Shown: piece after piece, positions 46,889 to 60,606 of the stretch | Layout of the letters: each line of letters begins with the position of its first letter | Position numbering within the stretch: the first letter of the stretch is position 1 | From: Bugula neritina | Lineage: Eukaryota; Animalia; Bryozoa | Assembly: GCA_964035545.1 (NCBI GenBank) | Contig: OZ037770.1 | Coordinates: 11,428,463 to 11,492,462, forward strand | Reading direction: 5' to 3' | DNA: 64,000 bases | Translations under genes and position numbers: made by a program | The notes under the pieces: model-generated | What the model saw: only the letters and a program-made list of their open reading frames with translations | What the model was told of the DNA's origin: nothing | Database searches by the model: none

Positions 46889-49800
46889 ACAGGTGTGTGA
46901 CAGGATATTATTCCATCTTGTGTTACATTTATTATATTGTTTATCACACTAGACTCTGTTTGAATACATTTGGTGCTCAACTCTGTGTTTTCTACTAATG
47001 TACATATTTGTAATGATATGTCTGAGATGTACAACTTCTACACATACACTGTGTCTGTTATTTCTAGATGATTCTCAAAGTTGACTCGGTAGACTGAGTT
47101 CTTTAACACACAGCTATGATAGAGTGTGGGAGCCTGTATGACGTCCCAGTAATTCACTTACTCAAGCTATGCATAGTGTGAGAGGACATATGACATCTCA
47201 GTAACTAACACGTACAGCTTAACATTACTAATTTCAAGGAATAATTTACTTTCACTTGTACCAAGCCTATTCCACACAACCTGCATGACTTCACGGTATT
47301 AAGTAGACTATAGCTTTTTATATATCCAACCTGATTTGTATTGAAAGTCATATAGAGATCAATGTATTGATAGTGTCTACATTTCCTACAGACTGAAATA
47401 CTATTATATTATAATGTCTACTATTTACTATCAAATATCAACCACTACTGCTGCATTAATTTTGACTGATGATCATAATATATGATTTATTACTTAATTT
47501 TTGTCTTTGCAAAATTTGATTCCATAATGCTAACTAGATTTTATGTTTGAATTTGGTTTTTATTTTCTTTAAATATTCTGTGAAAATAAATTGCCTTTTT
47601 TAGGCTATAAATACTCTTGATTGGACCTCTGAATGCAACATCACAGAGTTATGTAATAGTTGACTGTATGGTTGTTTTACAGGAAGTTTTTGAAAAATTA
47701 CATGTCATGGTGTCCTTGTTCGGAAATCGATTTAGGCAGCAAAAGCTTGGGGTCACTGAGTGCATTGGCTGAGGACTTCTCAAGTTTTGGTATGGACCTC
47801 GAATGATAGTGTTCACTGAACAATGAACTCAGTGACCTTGAAGTTTGTGCTGCCCTTAACCATAATTTCTTAGTTTCAACCATAGTGCATAGTTTACTAC
47901 ATAGTTATGATGTATACTAGAGGTGTCCAAATTCAACTACCAAAGCTACATGTGATGCCTAACCTTTAACCTTTAAATCATGATACTATAAAAGTGTCCA
48001 ATTTCAATCACAATAGGTCTGTGTGGACCAACTAATATCTGCTTGTAAACCAAATGGTAGAGTCTAGAACCAGTAAAGGTTATGATAGCTTTACTTCCTG
48101 TTTACCTGGTTTCCAATAGCAACAATGTTACATGAATATCAGTCAGGTATTGTGAGGGTAGACGAAACCTGTATAAGTGTAGTTGTTAAGTAATTACTAA
48201 TGTGACAGTAGTATATAGTATTGGACAGTCTCTGATATGTTAGTAACATCTTTGAGTTGTTACACCTGACTTCTCCATATGGTGATGGTAAGATTCTTTA
48301 ACCTCAGGTCTAGTCTACTGACCATTTGTAGCTCTTTTGGTTTGAGTGACAGTTTGAGATCCTTGAGTGGCAACATAACCATCATAATCATTTGATTGGC
48401 TGTGTTAGAATAATAGTCAAAGTGATTTATTATTCCAATAATTATATTCTATAAACAGTGAATAAATTAAAGTGGTTACAGCTACTATTAGCAAAATATT
48501 TTACTATAAACGCATCACCATGCCGTATACCTGCAATAAAATTTACAGAATTTATATTCTGTGTAGAGTATAACATAAGCAGTGTAACAGCCTGTTATAT
48601 AGAGATACTTGGAGACTCTTGCTGGGGTTATGTTCAACTTTATTGACTCAGCACTTCGGTTTAGAAAATGGTTGCTTTATTACATTCCCAGACAGTATTT
48701 CACATGCTGTAGAGTTTGAAGTAGCTACACCAGTGTAACTGTTACCAAGTATTCACAACTGTTTCCTGTAAATAGAATAATCACATTGTGATAAGCTGTC
48801 AGACTGGTATATCACTAAATACAACTAACAGGACTAGTTTTATAATGATGCTGGATATAAATAACTCAGACATCCTCTGTGGGGGAGACAACACCCTGTA
48901 TTATGAACTCATGGTCTTTCTGACAGCATATCTTAGTGCTGATGCACTTTCTGCTATATTGGTATCTGTTTCATTTGTATCTCAAAGAGTTGGACTTTAT
49001 TTTGAATGCATAAAGTTATATATAACAATAAGGCTCTATGATGCAGTAACTGATTCATGTACATTTTCTTTTTTACATGCATTTCAAATAATTACTATAC
49101 TATTATTTATTGCAGCAGATATTGTAGCTACAATAAATCATGACAATTGTTTTATTATAGATAAAATTAAACCTAATGAGTCAAATAAATGGTGGACCGA
49201 TACCATTTTCGTCACAAAAAATGTTATTAGTGTCTCAAGTTTGAAAAAATTGAGTATTCTTACGAAGATAAAGGGCATGGTAACATACACAACATATAGT
49301 TTGTTGGTCTTTAAACTGCAAATCTAAATGCCAGACCACAATATAATACTACATCTACATTAATTTGAACACAACTTTATAGCTTATACATACATATATA
49401 TTGAAAGACTAAATTCCACACCCATTTCCATATATCCATCCATATTCCAATTAATATTATTCTTCCCAATAATTGTGGAGTAAATCATCTACAGAATACT
49501 TTAAAGTTTAAAGCCCAGTTCACACTTATAAACAGTGGAGTCACTATTCAAGAAATAGTTGTAGTCTGTATTGGTTAGTGAGGTCATAGCTGCTTCACTG
49601 CTAGTACAAACAGAAACTGCACTCAAACTCAAAGTTACCTACATGGTGAGAATTTTCTTTGTTTCAAGGATTGTCACATGGATATCTACTGTAAAGCATA
49701 AAAGTGAAATTCATAAAATGATGGGCAAACTAAAATGGCATATGAGGCTTTCACAGCACATTATAACATACAGTGCTCCCTCTGTATCTCCCTAAGCGAC

Positions 49801-50583
49801 AGGTGTAAAGCCTCAACTCGTGTCATATTAGAATGCCAGATTCAACTCACGGATCAGTTGAAATTGGTGATTAGGTTCCTATACACACATACATCAGCCA
49901 CAAAACAGGGGTCAAACTGCTTTCGTGACCTATAGAAGTTCGTGAGAAAGGGGTCCTTGAGACACAGAGGGAGCACTGTCTCTAATACTAATTGCACACA
50001 GGTTTTGTTTGGAAAGATAACTCTGAAGGAGGAACCGATAAGTACATGGTGCTGCAAAGCTTATCAATAGTGTTATTACCATTGAACTATAACTATAGTT
50101 TCAGTTCAGTGTTATTACTGCATGGGTTAGTAGAGTATTCCCTAATTATCTATTATCCTGCTACTACATTATGAGATTGATTGGATTATTAACAATGTGT
50201 TAACTGACTATACACTGATAAACCCCACAAGAGCAAATTCATAACACTATTGTAAAGCATAGAAGTGAGATTGTAAAATGATGAACAAACATAAAATGAT
50301 GGGCAAACTACAATGGCCTGAAGCTATCAGCACATTATATACAGTGCACCCTCTTTATCTCACTAAGCGACAGGTCTAAAACCTCAATACACACATCAGC
50401 AACAAAACAGGGTCTAAGCTGTTCTCGTGACCTATAGAAATTCGTGAGAAAGGGGTCCTTGAGATCCACTGTATCAAATCTATTGGGCACAGGTTTTGTT
50501 TGGAAAGATAATTCTGAAGGAGGAACCGATACGTTAATGATGCTGCAACGCTCATCAATAGTGTTATTACTGCGTGCGTTAGT

Positions 50584-50595
50584 GGGGAATTCCCC
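50584..50595. promoter_or_regulatory. NF-kB-type site upstream of copy 5
   Basis: GGGGAATTCCCC. Confidence 0.6.
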
Positions 50596-51839
50596 CAGTC
50601 CAGGGTAAGCGTTATTTTAATCCCGCATCTGCGCAGAAAGGTCTAACACTAACAGGAACTATAGGCTAAGTAGTTCCATAGGTCTTCCGTGACAAGGTAA
50701 AGTTTACCAACAGCAATAACTGCAAGTGTTAGCAAACTTGAAAGCGATGTTCATTGTTTTCAAATTTTAGTTTTAAAATCAACTTATTGTAGTTCTATTA
50801 TCTCTAGTTTCGGATAGTTATACTGATAGTGACACTCATACTCATACTCATAGTCATACTGATACTCATACTTATACTGTTTCACACAGTCTCACTCACT
50901 TGGCTCATAGTGATAGTCAGTGACAGTCACACTGACACTCACTTACAGTACCACGCTTGGTCTTGCTGTCACACTCACTGCCACAGTGTTTTGATAATGA
51001 CAATCACAATGATTATGATAACATTTCTCATCATCAGCAACTGCAAGATACTTGTGAATTAGTTACTATTTGTCAGTCTCGTGATCATCTTCATCTTGAG
51101 TTTGTACTTTACGTTCTCATGATGATGATGCTGGTAATCATAGTCATAATCATAATGATGTTGAAGTTTAATTTATCAAATGATACAAATTAAAGTATTA
51201 GTAAAGCATATGTTTTGTAATTTTATAAAACTGCTCAACAGAACTTATTAAATTTACAGGGCCTCTGCTGTAGACCGTAGAGGTGGATGTAGTAACAGAA
51301 ACATTAGAAACCACATATATTTATAACTATTTACAATACAATAATTCCAATTTCTCCGCATTCTATTAAATGTCAATAAAATGCATCATTTTTTGGAATA
51401 TTGAGTGAATTGCAAGGAAAACCTAATTCAAGAACCTTCATAATTTTTTTGGCTACAAGTCCCAATTCTTAGAATAATTATTAAGAAAATTCCTCTTGTT
51501 ACTAATTGATTTATTATGTAATAGCTCTGGACTATTGTCTGCAGATACTGCAGTACACAAGTGTGTATTTACATCATGGTATTTCAATATATAGTTTATT
51601 ATACAGCAAGGGTTCATTATTGAAAAGATCGTTTTTAAGTTTTAGAGAGTGCTTAAAATACATTATATCAGCACTGCAGTTTTATAGTTGAGTCACATTC
51701 TACAATCTTTAAAGATATTAAGTAGTGAGTCAGAAGAGACAAACATAGACTACTAAATTCTCTCATTACAGTGAACTACATGGGATCTGAATACACTGTA
51801 TAATATGTTCTCCTGGTTTATAATATAGAGTTGAGTGAA

Positions 51840-54800
51840 ATGGCTGCAGCAGAAGAAGTTGAGTGTGGATTCTGTTTACTAAAAGAAGGTTTAGAGAATC
51901 CCAAGTGTCTACCATGTGGTCATGTACACTGTTTACTATGTCTTGCTCGTAATGTTGATGTGAATGACATGATCAGGTGTCCATGGTGTAGGTAAGTTAG
52001 TTTTGTATAGGCGGAGCTGAGACATATTGTTGGTAGAAAAATAGTGATTGACATCATGTGTTTTAGCTTATACTGAATTTTTACATTACGTTATATATAT
52101 TTTTAATTACTACTGAATAATTATGTGTCTTGTCACAGGGAAGTGTTTGATGAGAGAGTGGAAAGTCTTCTATCTGCTGATGTAGAGGACAACTCCGTAT
52201 CATGTGACGTCTGCACTAAAAAGGGACTGAAAAAAGTACCAGCCATCATATACTGTACTGTGTGCCGTAAACTCTTCTGCAGAAAACATGATGAGGTGAT
52301 ACTTTCATTAAATATCTCTTCAGTTGATGTTCAACACTGCATACTCTAACTCAGCCTCTGATTATATATTGTTATACTTAAATGTTGGTTTATAAGAAAG
52401 CACTGAGAGATCATGTTTCACTTTTATCTGTTTTATCTGCTTTCATGTAAACTATACATTTATTTTAAGACTTTGTGTTAGTGGGAACCTTTATGTTCCT
52501 ATAAATATTTGTAAATTTTTATATCATGTATTTGTAAGTTTCATTTCTAATCCACAATATGGATAGTTGAGTTATATTTCTCAGTAAAGATGTATTCTGT
52601 TATATTCAGTCACATGATGACACCAATGATGACCACCAGAAGATAACCATCTCGGACTACAGAATACAAGCCAAGAGACTAGAGAAAAGAGTTTGTCCCA
52701 AACACACAGCATATCCCTACATACAAGGATGTAAAGTTTGTGTACAGCTGTTCTGTGCGCAATGCACATCTTGCACTAACTTTTGTGTTGGAGGTAAGAA
52801 AGTTCTGCTGAAAATTATTTACTAATTATTGATAAATCTGATAGGTTGCATAACTACCTCAGTAACTCTTGTAAGATAGCTGCCCTCACCATGAATTGAC
52901 CTGCAAACCTCTATCATGCAACTTCCACTATATGGGCTACTGGGTAATCACAGCACTACAAATTTGAAGCTAGCATAGATAAAGAGTTTATTTTGAGTAG
53001 AAACTCTGTTCAAAAGTATAGTCCATTATTCATTGAGAAATTTTAAAATAGGCAAATAATTCTTAAAATATAAAAAATTAATTGAACGTTTAAAATTGAA
53101 AAAGAGGTCAGAAGTCAGTGAATTGAAGTGCCTCTCACTCGCACAGCGTGTCCAAAGTTTTATATTTTGTTTTTCAATGGCCACGCTGGAGTTTAGTTTT
53201 TCATTGTCATTTTAATTTTAGACTCACCCCATCACATGGTTAATCTAGATGATTTAATCAAAGAGCTTATAAATATAGATGATCTTCTCACCACTGAAGA
53301 CAAGATGTCTGCTTTCTTCAAACACCTTTCTAAAACTGTGTCAGACTTTGATAATGAGACGGAGGAATTGCTGAATATTCTTCATACACAGCGTGATGAA
53401 CAGGTTCTGTGTTTATAGAAAATACTTTGTGTTGCTCTGTAATCTACATTCTGTAGTCAGGTGTTAGTAAAACATTGCAATACTAATACTTACGAGTAAC
53501 AGCTAGGTGACTAGCTACTATGCTGTGTGAATTAAATCACTGTATTTTGTTTAAAAAGTTGCAACTTTTGTAATCAATTCTGAAAAACTTTCTCGAATAT
53601 GTTGTCCACTTTCTGCAATGTGCTGGTACAATGTATGATGTAGTTGACTGAAGTGAGACTAAAGTATGAGAAACTGGAGAAGGAATTCTTAGCTAGTAGA
53701 AAGAAGACTAAAGAGGAACTGAACAGATACATGGAGAGAGAAGTTGAAACTGTTTTGTCTCAACTGAGTAACAGTAGAATGAAGGTAGAAGCTCAACTTA
53801 GACAAAACCATCAGGTGAGCAGTGTTCACTATATGTTAGCATAAGAAATTTAGGCTATGTCTTTTGTGTGAATCTTTAATAATGCACTAGCATGCTGTAT
53901 AGGCATGAAATGCGTTGAAAATTAAAGGAAATAATGTAAGACTCACGTTGACCATCTCCATGCCTAATTATTTATATTCGTTTTAGCTCTATAGTTGTGT
54001 GCTTACAAACTTCAATGTCTTCCAATATGGTGAGTAAAAGAATTGTTTTAAAGTTGTATTGTTCTAAATTTGTAAAATTCACAACTTTTACCAAAGTCTA
54101 TATGTTCCTAAATAGTAGGTATACTAACTATAGTTGATCTAAATAGTTGATTTGGTGCAATATGCTTGTACCAGGCACACCAAGCTTTTTACCCATTTGT
54201 TACTTTATTGGAACTGTCGCACAAAAGATTAGGAAGTTCTCACTAAAAAGACTATCCTTTTAGCCCCACTGACCAATGCTATGCTTGTTCACTGCAGGTG
54301 GATCTGGTTGAAGGATTTGCAGAGATTAAAGAGAGAATACAGAGACTGATATCTGTTGAGATACCTGAACTAGAGTTGTGTGATGTCATGTCTCTAAAGG
54401 TCAAAGGTTAGTATACTAAACTAGAGCTGTGTGATGTCATGTCTCTAAAGGTCAAAGGTTAGTATACTAAACTAGAGCTGTGTGATGTCATGTCTCTAAA
54501 GGTCAAAGGTTAGCAAACTAGACTGTAGAATTCTTGTACTAGTGCACCTTTATTAAGATATTTGAAATAATCATGTATCTGCATTGCATCTGGTAAGTGC
54601 TTTTCATGTGTGTGCAACTACTGGTTAGAAAATTTGAGTATCAGTTGAAATAGCCCTGTGTGTATAAGTCAGAGTTTCTATTAATAGAATTTATACACAT
54701 ACTCACTTTTATATGACATACATATTTTATACATACTCACTTATATATAAGTATACACACATACACACATATTCACATGTATATTGTAGAAGAGAAGAGA

Positions 54801-55751
54801 GAAATAGAAATAGACTTGGTTCCTGCAGCAGACATGATTATTAGTTTAGATCCTCCTAAATCTATCAAACTCTTACAGTCTGTTGATGTTTCTAGTTACT
54901 GTTATTCTGTCTGTAAATATGAGAGTAACACTTATGTAGGGCTGAGTGGTGGAGGAATAGACAGAATAGATGAGAGTTTCAGTGTTTCCAAGTCTTTTAT
55001 TTCTTTTACTAAGTGGGTAAATGGAGTCACAGTACATAGAAATAAGCTGTATGCTCTACATTGTATCAGCAGCAGTAATTGGGAGGTACATGTGTATGAT
55101 CTTACTGGGAAACAGGTGACCAGCTGGTTTCACCATGATAGTAATCGGTATGTAAACAAACTTGCTATTGTTGATGATCAGGTTGTAGTTCCTGATAGGC
55201 ACAGTAAGAGGCTTACAATCTACTCTCTTACTGGGGAGGTAATTAAACATGTCTCCTGCCCTCTACTCAGTAATAGTAATACAGCAATATGTGCAGCAGA
55301 CAGACATTGTGTAGTAGTTTCTAACACTGGTTCCTCTCAAGTATTTAAATTAGACTTGACAACAGAGAAACTCATCTGGACATGCAAGGATGTATCTCAA
55401 CCACAAGGTGTGACCTGCTATAGAAGTAAATATATTCTTGTGACTAACCGCAGCAGTAAAACCACCATCTGGATACTGGATGTGGAAACAGGTTAGTATT
55501 ACATTAATTAGTTAACTACTGTGACCAATATATTAGTATTTCTCACAGTCTCACACTATAAAATATATTATGCTAAGCACTAGTGATGACACACTAATAC
55601 ATCATTTCCTGTTACAGGTACACTACTGTCCAAAGTAGAAGATCCAACTGGTAGAGCTGGGAGTAGTGTGTGTGATCTCCATGTGTATAAAGACACTCTG
55701 ATTGTACCTCGATTCATGGAGAAGAAAGTTCTGTTTTACCAGTTGAACTAA
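51840..55751 (+). CDS. TRIM-NHL-like copy 5, about 596 aa
   Basis: Exons 51840-51991, 52139-52295, 52610-52793, 53222-53403, 53644-53814, 54298-54406, 54790-55491, 55618-55751. Canonical splice sites; open frame. Confidence 0.88.
54366..54520 (+). repeat. 51-bp exon-6 donor repeat, 3 units, copy 5
   Basis: Same unit. Confidence 0.9.
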
Positions 55752-56309
55752 ACAGGTATTTGACAGGATATTATTCCATCTTATGGTACATTTATTATAT
55801 TGTTTATCACACTAGACTCTGTTTGAATACATTTGGTGCTCAACTCTGTGTTTTCTACTAATGTACATATTTGTGATGATATGTCTAAAATGTACAACTT
55901 CTACATATACACTGTGCCTGTTATTTCTAGATGATTCTCAGAGTTGACTCTGTAGAATGAGTTCTTCAACACGGAGCTATGATAGAGTGTGGGAAGCTGT
56001 ATGACGTCCCAGTAACTAATTTATACACCTAAACATAACTAATTTCAAGTAATTATTTATTTTCACTTTATTTTTCACGTGTATCAATCCTATTCTATGC
56101 AGCCTGCGTAATTTCAGGGTATTAAGTAGACTGTAACTTTATATATCTAACATGATTTGCAATGAATGGTCATGTAGAGATCAATGTGATCCTCATGGTA
56201 ACTCTAAGTCTACATTTCCTACAGACTGAAATACTATTATATCACAATGTTTACTACTTGCTATCAAATACTAACCACTACTACTGCATTCATTTTACTT
56301 TATTGTTTA

Positions 56310-56592
56310 CATATTGTTGTGCACAATAGTTACGTGGGTTTTCTAGTGAGTCCAATTAGTGTTAAGTATACGACAATTCAATGGTAATCTCTATTAGGAT
56401 CTTTATTGTAACCATATAATATAAAGAAAAAATATATCTATGTATCACCGTTTACTACTCTCTTACATCACTGCTAGCAACACTATATATCTAATATCGT
56501 TCTGCGTGGCTTAACACAGCCGGAGTACTAATGAGAGTGTTTGATTGGCAGAGGGCACGTGTGACGTATTTTCCACGCCCCATCACAATATG
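56310..56592. mobile_element. Possible small MITE downstream of copy 5
   Basis: CATATTGT...ACAATATG terminal inverted repeat; absent downstream of copy 2 and only partly present downstream of copy 3. Confidence 0.4.
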
Positions 56593-57160
56593 CTAGTTTT
56601 CATTCACTGTATTTGTGTGTCAGGTTATTATTTTATATAATGTATTATATAACCTGTTTGATATTGTGTGATCATCTGATTATTTGATTGGCTGTCATAG
56701 AATATAATGGTCAAAGTGATTAATTATTCCGGTATATTCTATAAACAGTGAATAAATTAGAGTAACTATGGTTACTAATGGCAAAATATTTTACTATAGA
56801 TAACATCACCATGTCTCATTCCAGTAAAATAGTTTACAGAATTTCTACTCTGTGTAGAGTATAACATTAGCAATGTTGTAGTTACTTGTAGATGCAGAGT
56901 TGTAGATTCTTACTTAAGTTACAACTTGGGTTATTAGAAAGGTTTTTGAAAAATTACATGCCATGCCATGGCATCCTGGTTAGTAGATTGTATTGTGCAG
57001 CACAAAGTTTGGGGTCACTGAGTGCAATGGCTGGGGACTTCTCAAGTTTGGATATGAACTTTGGGTGATGATGAGCACTGAACAATGGACTTGGTGACCT
57101 TGAACTTTGACTGCATGATTGTTGTTTCACAGGAAGTTTTTGAAAAGTTACATGTGATAG

Positions 57161-57513
57161 TGTAGTGAGTAGTGCAAAGTACAAATACGGGAATCGCCCT
57201 CTCTCTACTCTTGGAATACTTAGACCCTTATGTAGCAACCAATTAGCAGCTCCGGAAGATATGCTTCCGATTCACGTGACACTTCCCGGGTTATTAACAT
57301 TATATCACGTTGTTGTAAGCGGAGGCTTGAAGTAGTAACATGTGTTAGTAGTTGACTGATGTATAGGATAATTTGATGTGATGTTTGTTTCATGCTTTAT
57401 TGTGGATAATAAATATAATTACTCGACAGCTACCCTAGTAATTGCTAGCAGAATAACCAGCTAACTATACGCAAGTAAATAACTCACGCTCAGTAATTGC
57501 ACAAATTACTACA
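57161..57513 (+). mobile_element. Solo LTR, family A, duplicated with the segment containing 30796-31148
   Basis: Same flanks and ATAG TSD as the 30796 copy. Confidence 0.8.
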
Positions 57514-58401
57514 ATAGCACTGATTGATGCAGTACAACGTTTGGGGTCGCTGAGTTCTTTAGCACCCAGGACTGGCACTTAGGCCATCGTGTGTACTGTT
57601 TCTTACATGCATTTCAAATAATTACTATTATATTACTACAGCAGATATCGTAGCTACAATAAATCATGACACATTTTTTATTATCCATATAATTAAACCT
57701 AATTAGCCAAATAAATGATAGACCAAGACCATTTTCATCATAAAAATATTAGTGTTTTCAAGGTTGAAAAAATTGAGTATACTTACGAAGATAAAGGGCA
57801 TGGTAACATACACAACATAGTTTGTTGGTCTATAAACTGCAGATCTAAATGTCAGACCACAATATAATACTTCATCTACACTAGTTTGAACACAAGTTTA
57901 CAACTTATAATATATACATATAACATATTGAATGACTAAATTCCACACCCATTTCCATATATCCATCCATATTCCAATTAATATTATTCTTTCTTATAAT
58001 TGTGAAGTAATTCATCCATATCAAGCTTTGAAGTTTAAAGCTTAGTTCACACTTATAAACAGAATAACAGAAGAGTCACTATTCAAGAAATAGTTGTAGT
58101 CTGTATTGGTTAGTGAGGTCATAGCTGCTCCACTGCTGGTGAGAGCTCTAGCTGTGTTTCAAGGATTGTCACATGGATATCTACTGTAAAGCATATGAAT
58201 TAGTGAGGTTCATAAAATGATGGGCAAACTACTTAATGGCATATGAAGCTTTCAGCACATTATAATATACAGTGCTCCCTCTGTATCTCACTAAACTCTA
58301 AACTCGATCAAATTGTGATAACTAAGAATATGTCAGATTTCGTTAAAATTGGTCATTTGGTCTCTATGCACATGTACATCAGCCAAAAAACAGGGTTCCA
58401 G

Positions 58402-58813
58402 TGTAGTGAACTTTTCTGTGTAATAATTTAGAGTTGTCTTTCCAATTTTCTATTTAATATAATAACTTATGTGCAATCATGTAAGCTGACTTCGGCCGAG
58501 AATCGGAGGTGTGAGAATGTCGGGATCGCCGACTGGGTTGCGACATGCGATCGGAAAAGTCGTAATTCGACATCTTCTCGGTGACCCCGATTTTCGGACG
58601 CAGAAGTCTCTCGAAGGAATTTTTTCCACTATATAAGGAGGCAAACTTACAGAGTAGATCAGCCTACCACTGGAACTCGCAGGATAAAGCCAAACACACA
58701 GATACTTTTATACCTTGTAATAAAGATTAGTCTACTCAACTTGGACAACCTTGTTTCTTATATAACGGAGCTATGCTCCCACCTAATTGCGTTCTGCCCA
58801 CAAAACTACTACA
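58402..58813 (+). mobile_element. Solo LTR, family B, paralogous copy
   Basis: TGTAGT...ACTACA termini; same position as 32073-32494. Confidence 0.7.
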
Positions 58814-59025
58814 TAAGCCGCTTTCGTGACCTATAGAAATTCGTGAGAAAGAGGTCCTTAAGATACAGAGGAACACTGTATCTAATATTAATTGCGCACA
58901 GGTTATTTTGGAAAGATAACTCTGAAGGAGGACACGATACGTTAATGACGCTGCAACCATTGAACTATAGTTTCAGTTCAGTGGCTGCAACGCTAATCAA
59001 TAGTTTTATTACTGCGTGCGTTAGT

Positions 59026-59037
59026 GGGGAATTCCCC
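59026..59037. promoter_or_regulatory. NF-kB-type site upstream of copy 6
   Basis: GGGGAATTCCCC. Confidence 0.6.
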
Positions 59038-60012
59038 CAATCCAGGGTAAGTTTTGTTTTAATCTCGCGTCTGCGCAGAAAGATCTAACACTAAAAAGAT
59101 CTGTTACTGGTTACTAAGTTACTAAAGTCCTCCGCGTCGAGGTGAAGTTTGTCTCATTAATTGTTTACCGGCAGCAATAGCTGTAACTCTGTAAGTGTTA
59201 GCAAACTTGAAAGTGATATTCACTGTTTTAAATTTTCAATTTTAAAGTCAACTTATTATAATTTTATCATCTGTAGTTTCATCAAGGTTTAGGTTACACA
59301 GTTATACTGATAGTCATACAGATACTCATACTGTTTCACTCAATCTCACTCTGATTCACTTTACAGTTTACTCATAGTCAGTGACAGTCACACTGACACT
59401 CACTCACAGTACCACACTTAGTCTTGCTATGGCAGCAAGTGATCTGGTGTCAGTCACTGCGCCAGACAGTTTTGAAAATTACAATGATTATGATAACATT
59501 TTTAATCAGCAAGATACTTGTGAATTAGTTACTCTTGCTCAGTTTCATGGTCATCTTCATCTTGAGTTTTTACTTCACGTGCTCATGATGATGATGATCA
59601 TAGTCATACTCGTAATGATATTGAAGTTTGAATTATCAAATGATACAAATTAAAATATTAGTAAAGCATATGTTTTGAAATTGAATAAAACTGCTCAACA
59701 GAACTTATTTAGCTTACAGGCCTCTACTGTAGATCTTAAAGGTAGATGCAGTAACAGAAGCATTAGAAACCACATACATTTATAACTACATATTTACAAT
59801 GGAAAAATTCCAACTTTTCCACATTGTATTGAATGTCAATAAAATGCATCATTTTTTGGAATATTGAGTGAATTGCAAGGAAAACCTAATTCAAGAACCT
59901 TCATAATTTTTTGGCTAGAAGTTGATCTGGTTTCTTAGAATAATTTTAAAAAAATTGCTCTTGTTACTAATTGATTTATTATGTTATAGCTCTGAACCAT
60001 TATCTGCAGTAC

Positions 60013-60317
60013 TGTGGTGGCTCGTGGAGCTACCAGCAACACAGCATGCAGGGTCGCGTAATCGACCCGGAACAATGGATAGCCAATTAGCGTGTTTAAT
60101 AGTTAGCAGCAATTATAGTTTCCCGCTGCTAACTCAGTCGAAGTTAGAGTGCTGAATAGACTAGATGTGTAAATTGTCAGATGTATTTGTATCGTTTTAT
60201 AATGTATTATTGTGTGTAAAATATATACTCGTTCACTCGACTTATCCTGGTGCAGTTCTATAGCAAGTAATTAGACTCTCTGGATAGCATATCAACCCTA
60301 ACTCGAAAAACATAACA
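60013..60317 (+). mobile_element. Solo LTR, family C (305 bp)
   Basis: TG...CA termini, GTAC TSD; copy 4 has the empty site TGCAGTACACAAG near 33665. Confidence 0.75.
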
Positions 60318-60606
60318 GTACACAAGTGTGTCTTTACATCTTGGTATTACAATATATAGTTTATTATACAACAAGGGTTCATTATTAAAAATATCCTTTT
60401 CAAGTTTTAGAGAGTGCTTAAAATACATTATATCAGCACTGCAGTTTTATAGTTGAGTTACATTCTACAATGTTTAAAGATATTAAGTAGTGAGTCAGAA
60501 AAGACACAAACATAAACTACTAAATTCTCTCATTACAGTGAACTACAAGGAATCTGAATACACTTTATAATATGTTCTCCTGTTTTATAATATAGAGTTG
60601 AGTGAA

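Noticed and set aside
47698-49327. Possible decayed minus-strand gene in the spacers (..KLEKS..ALSDPKL.., also near 11927, 30600, 56954) and the 179-aa ORF at 48788
   Set aside because: Frames are not conserved among paralogous copies and I recognise no domain; a BLASTx search would be needed.
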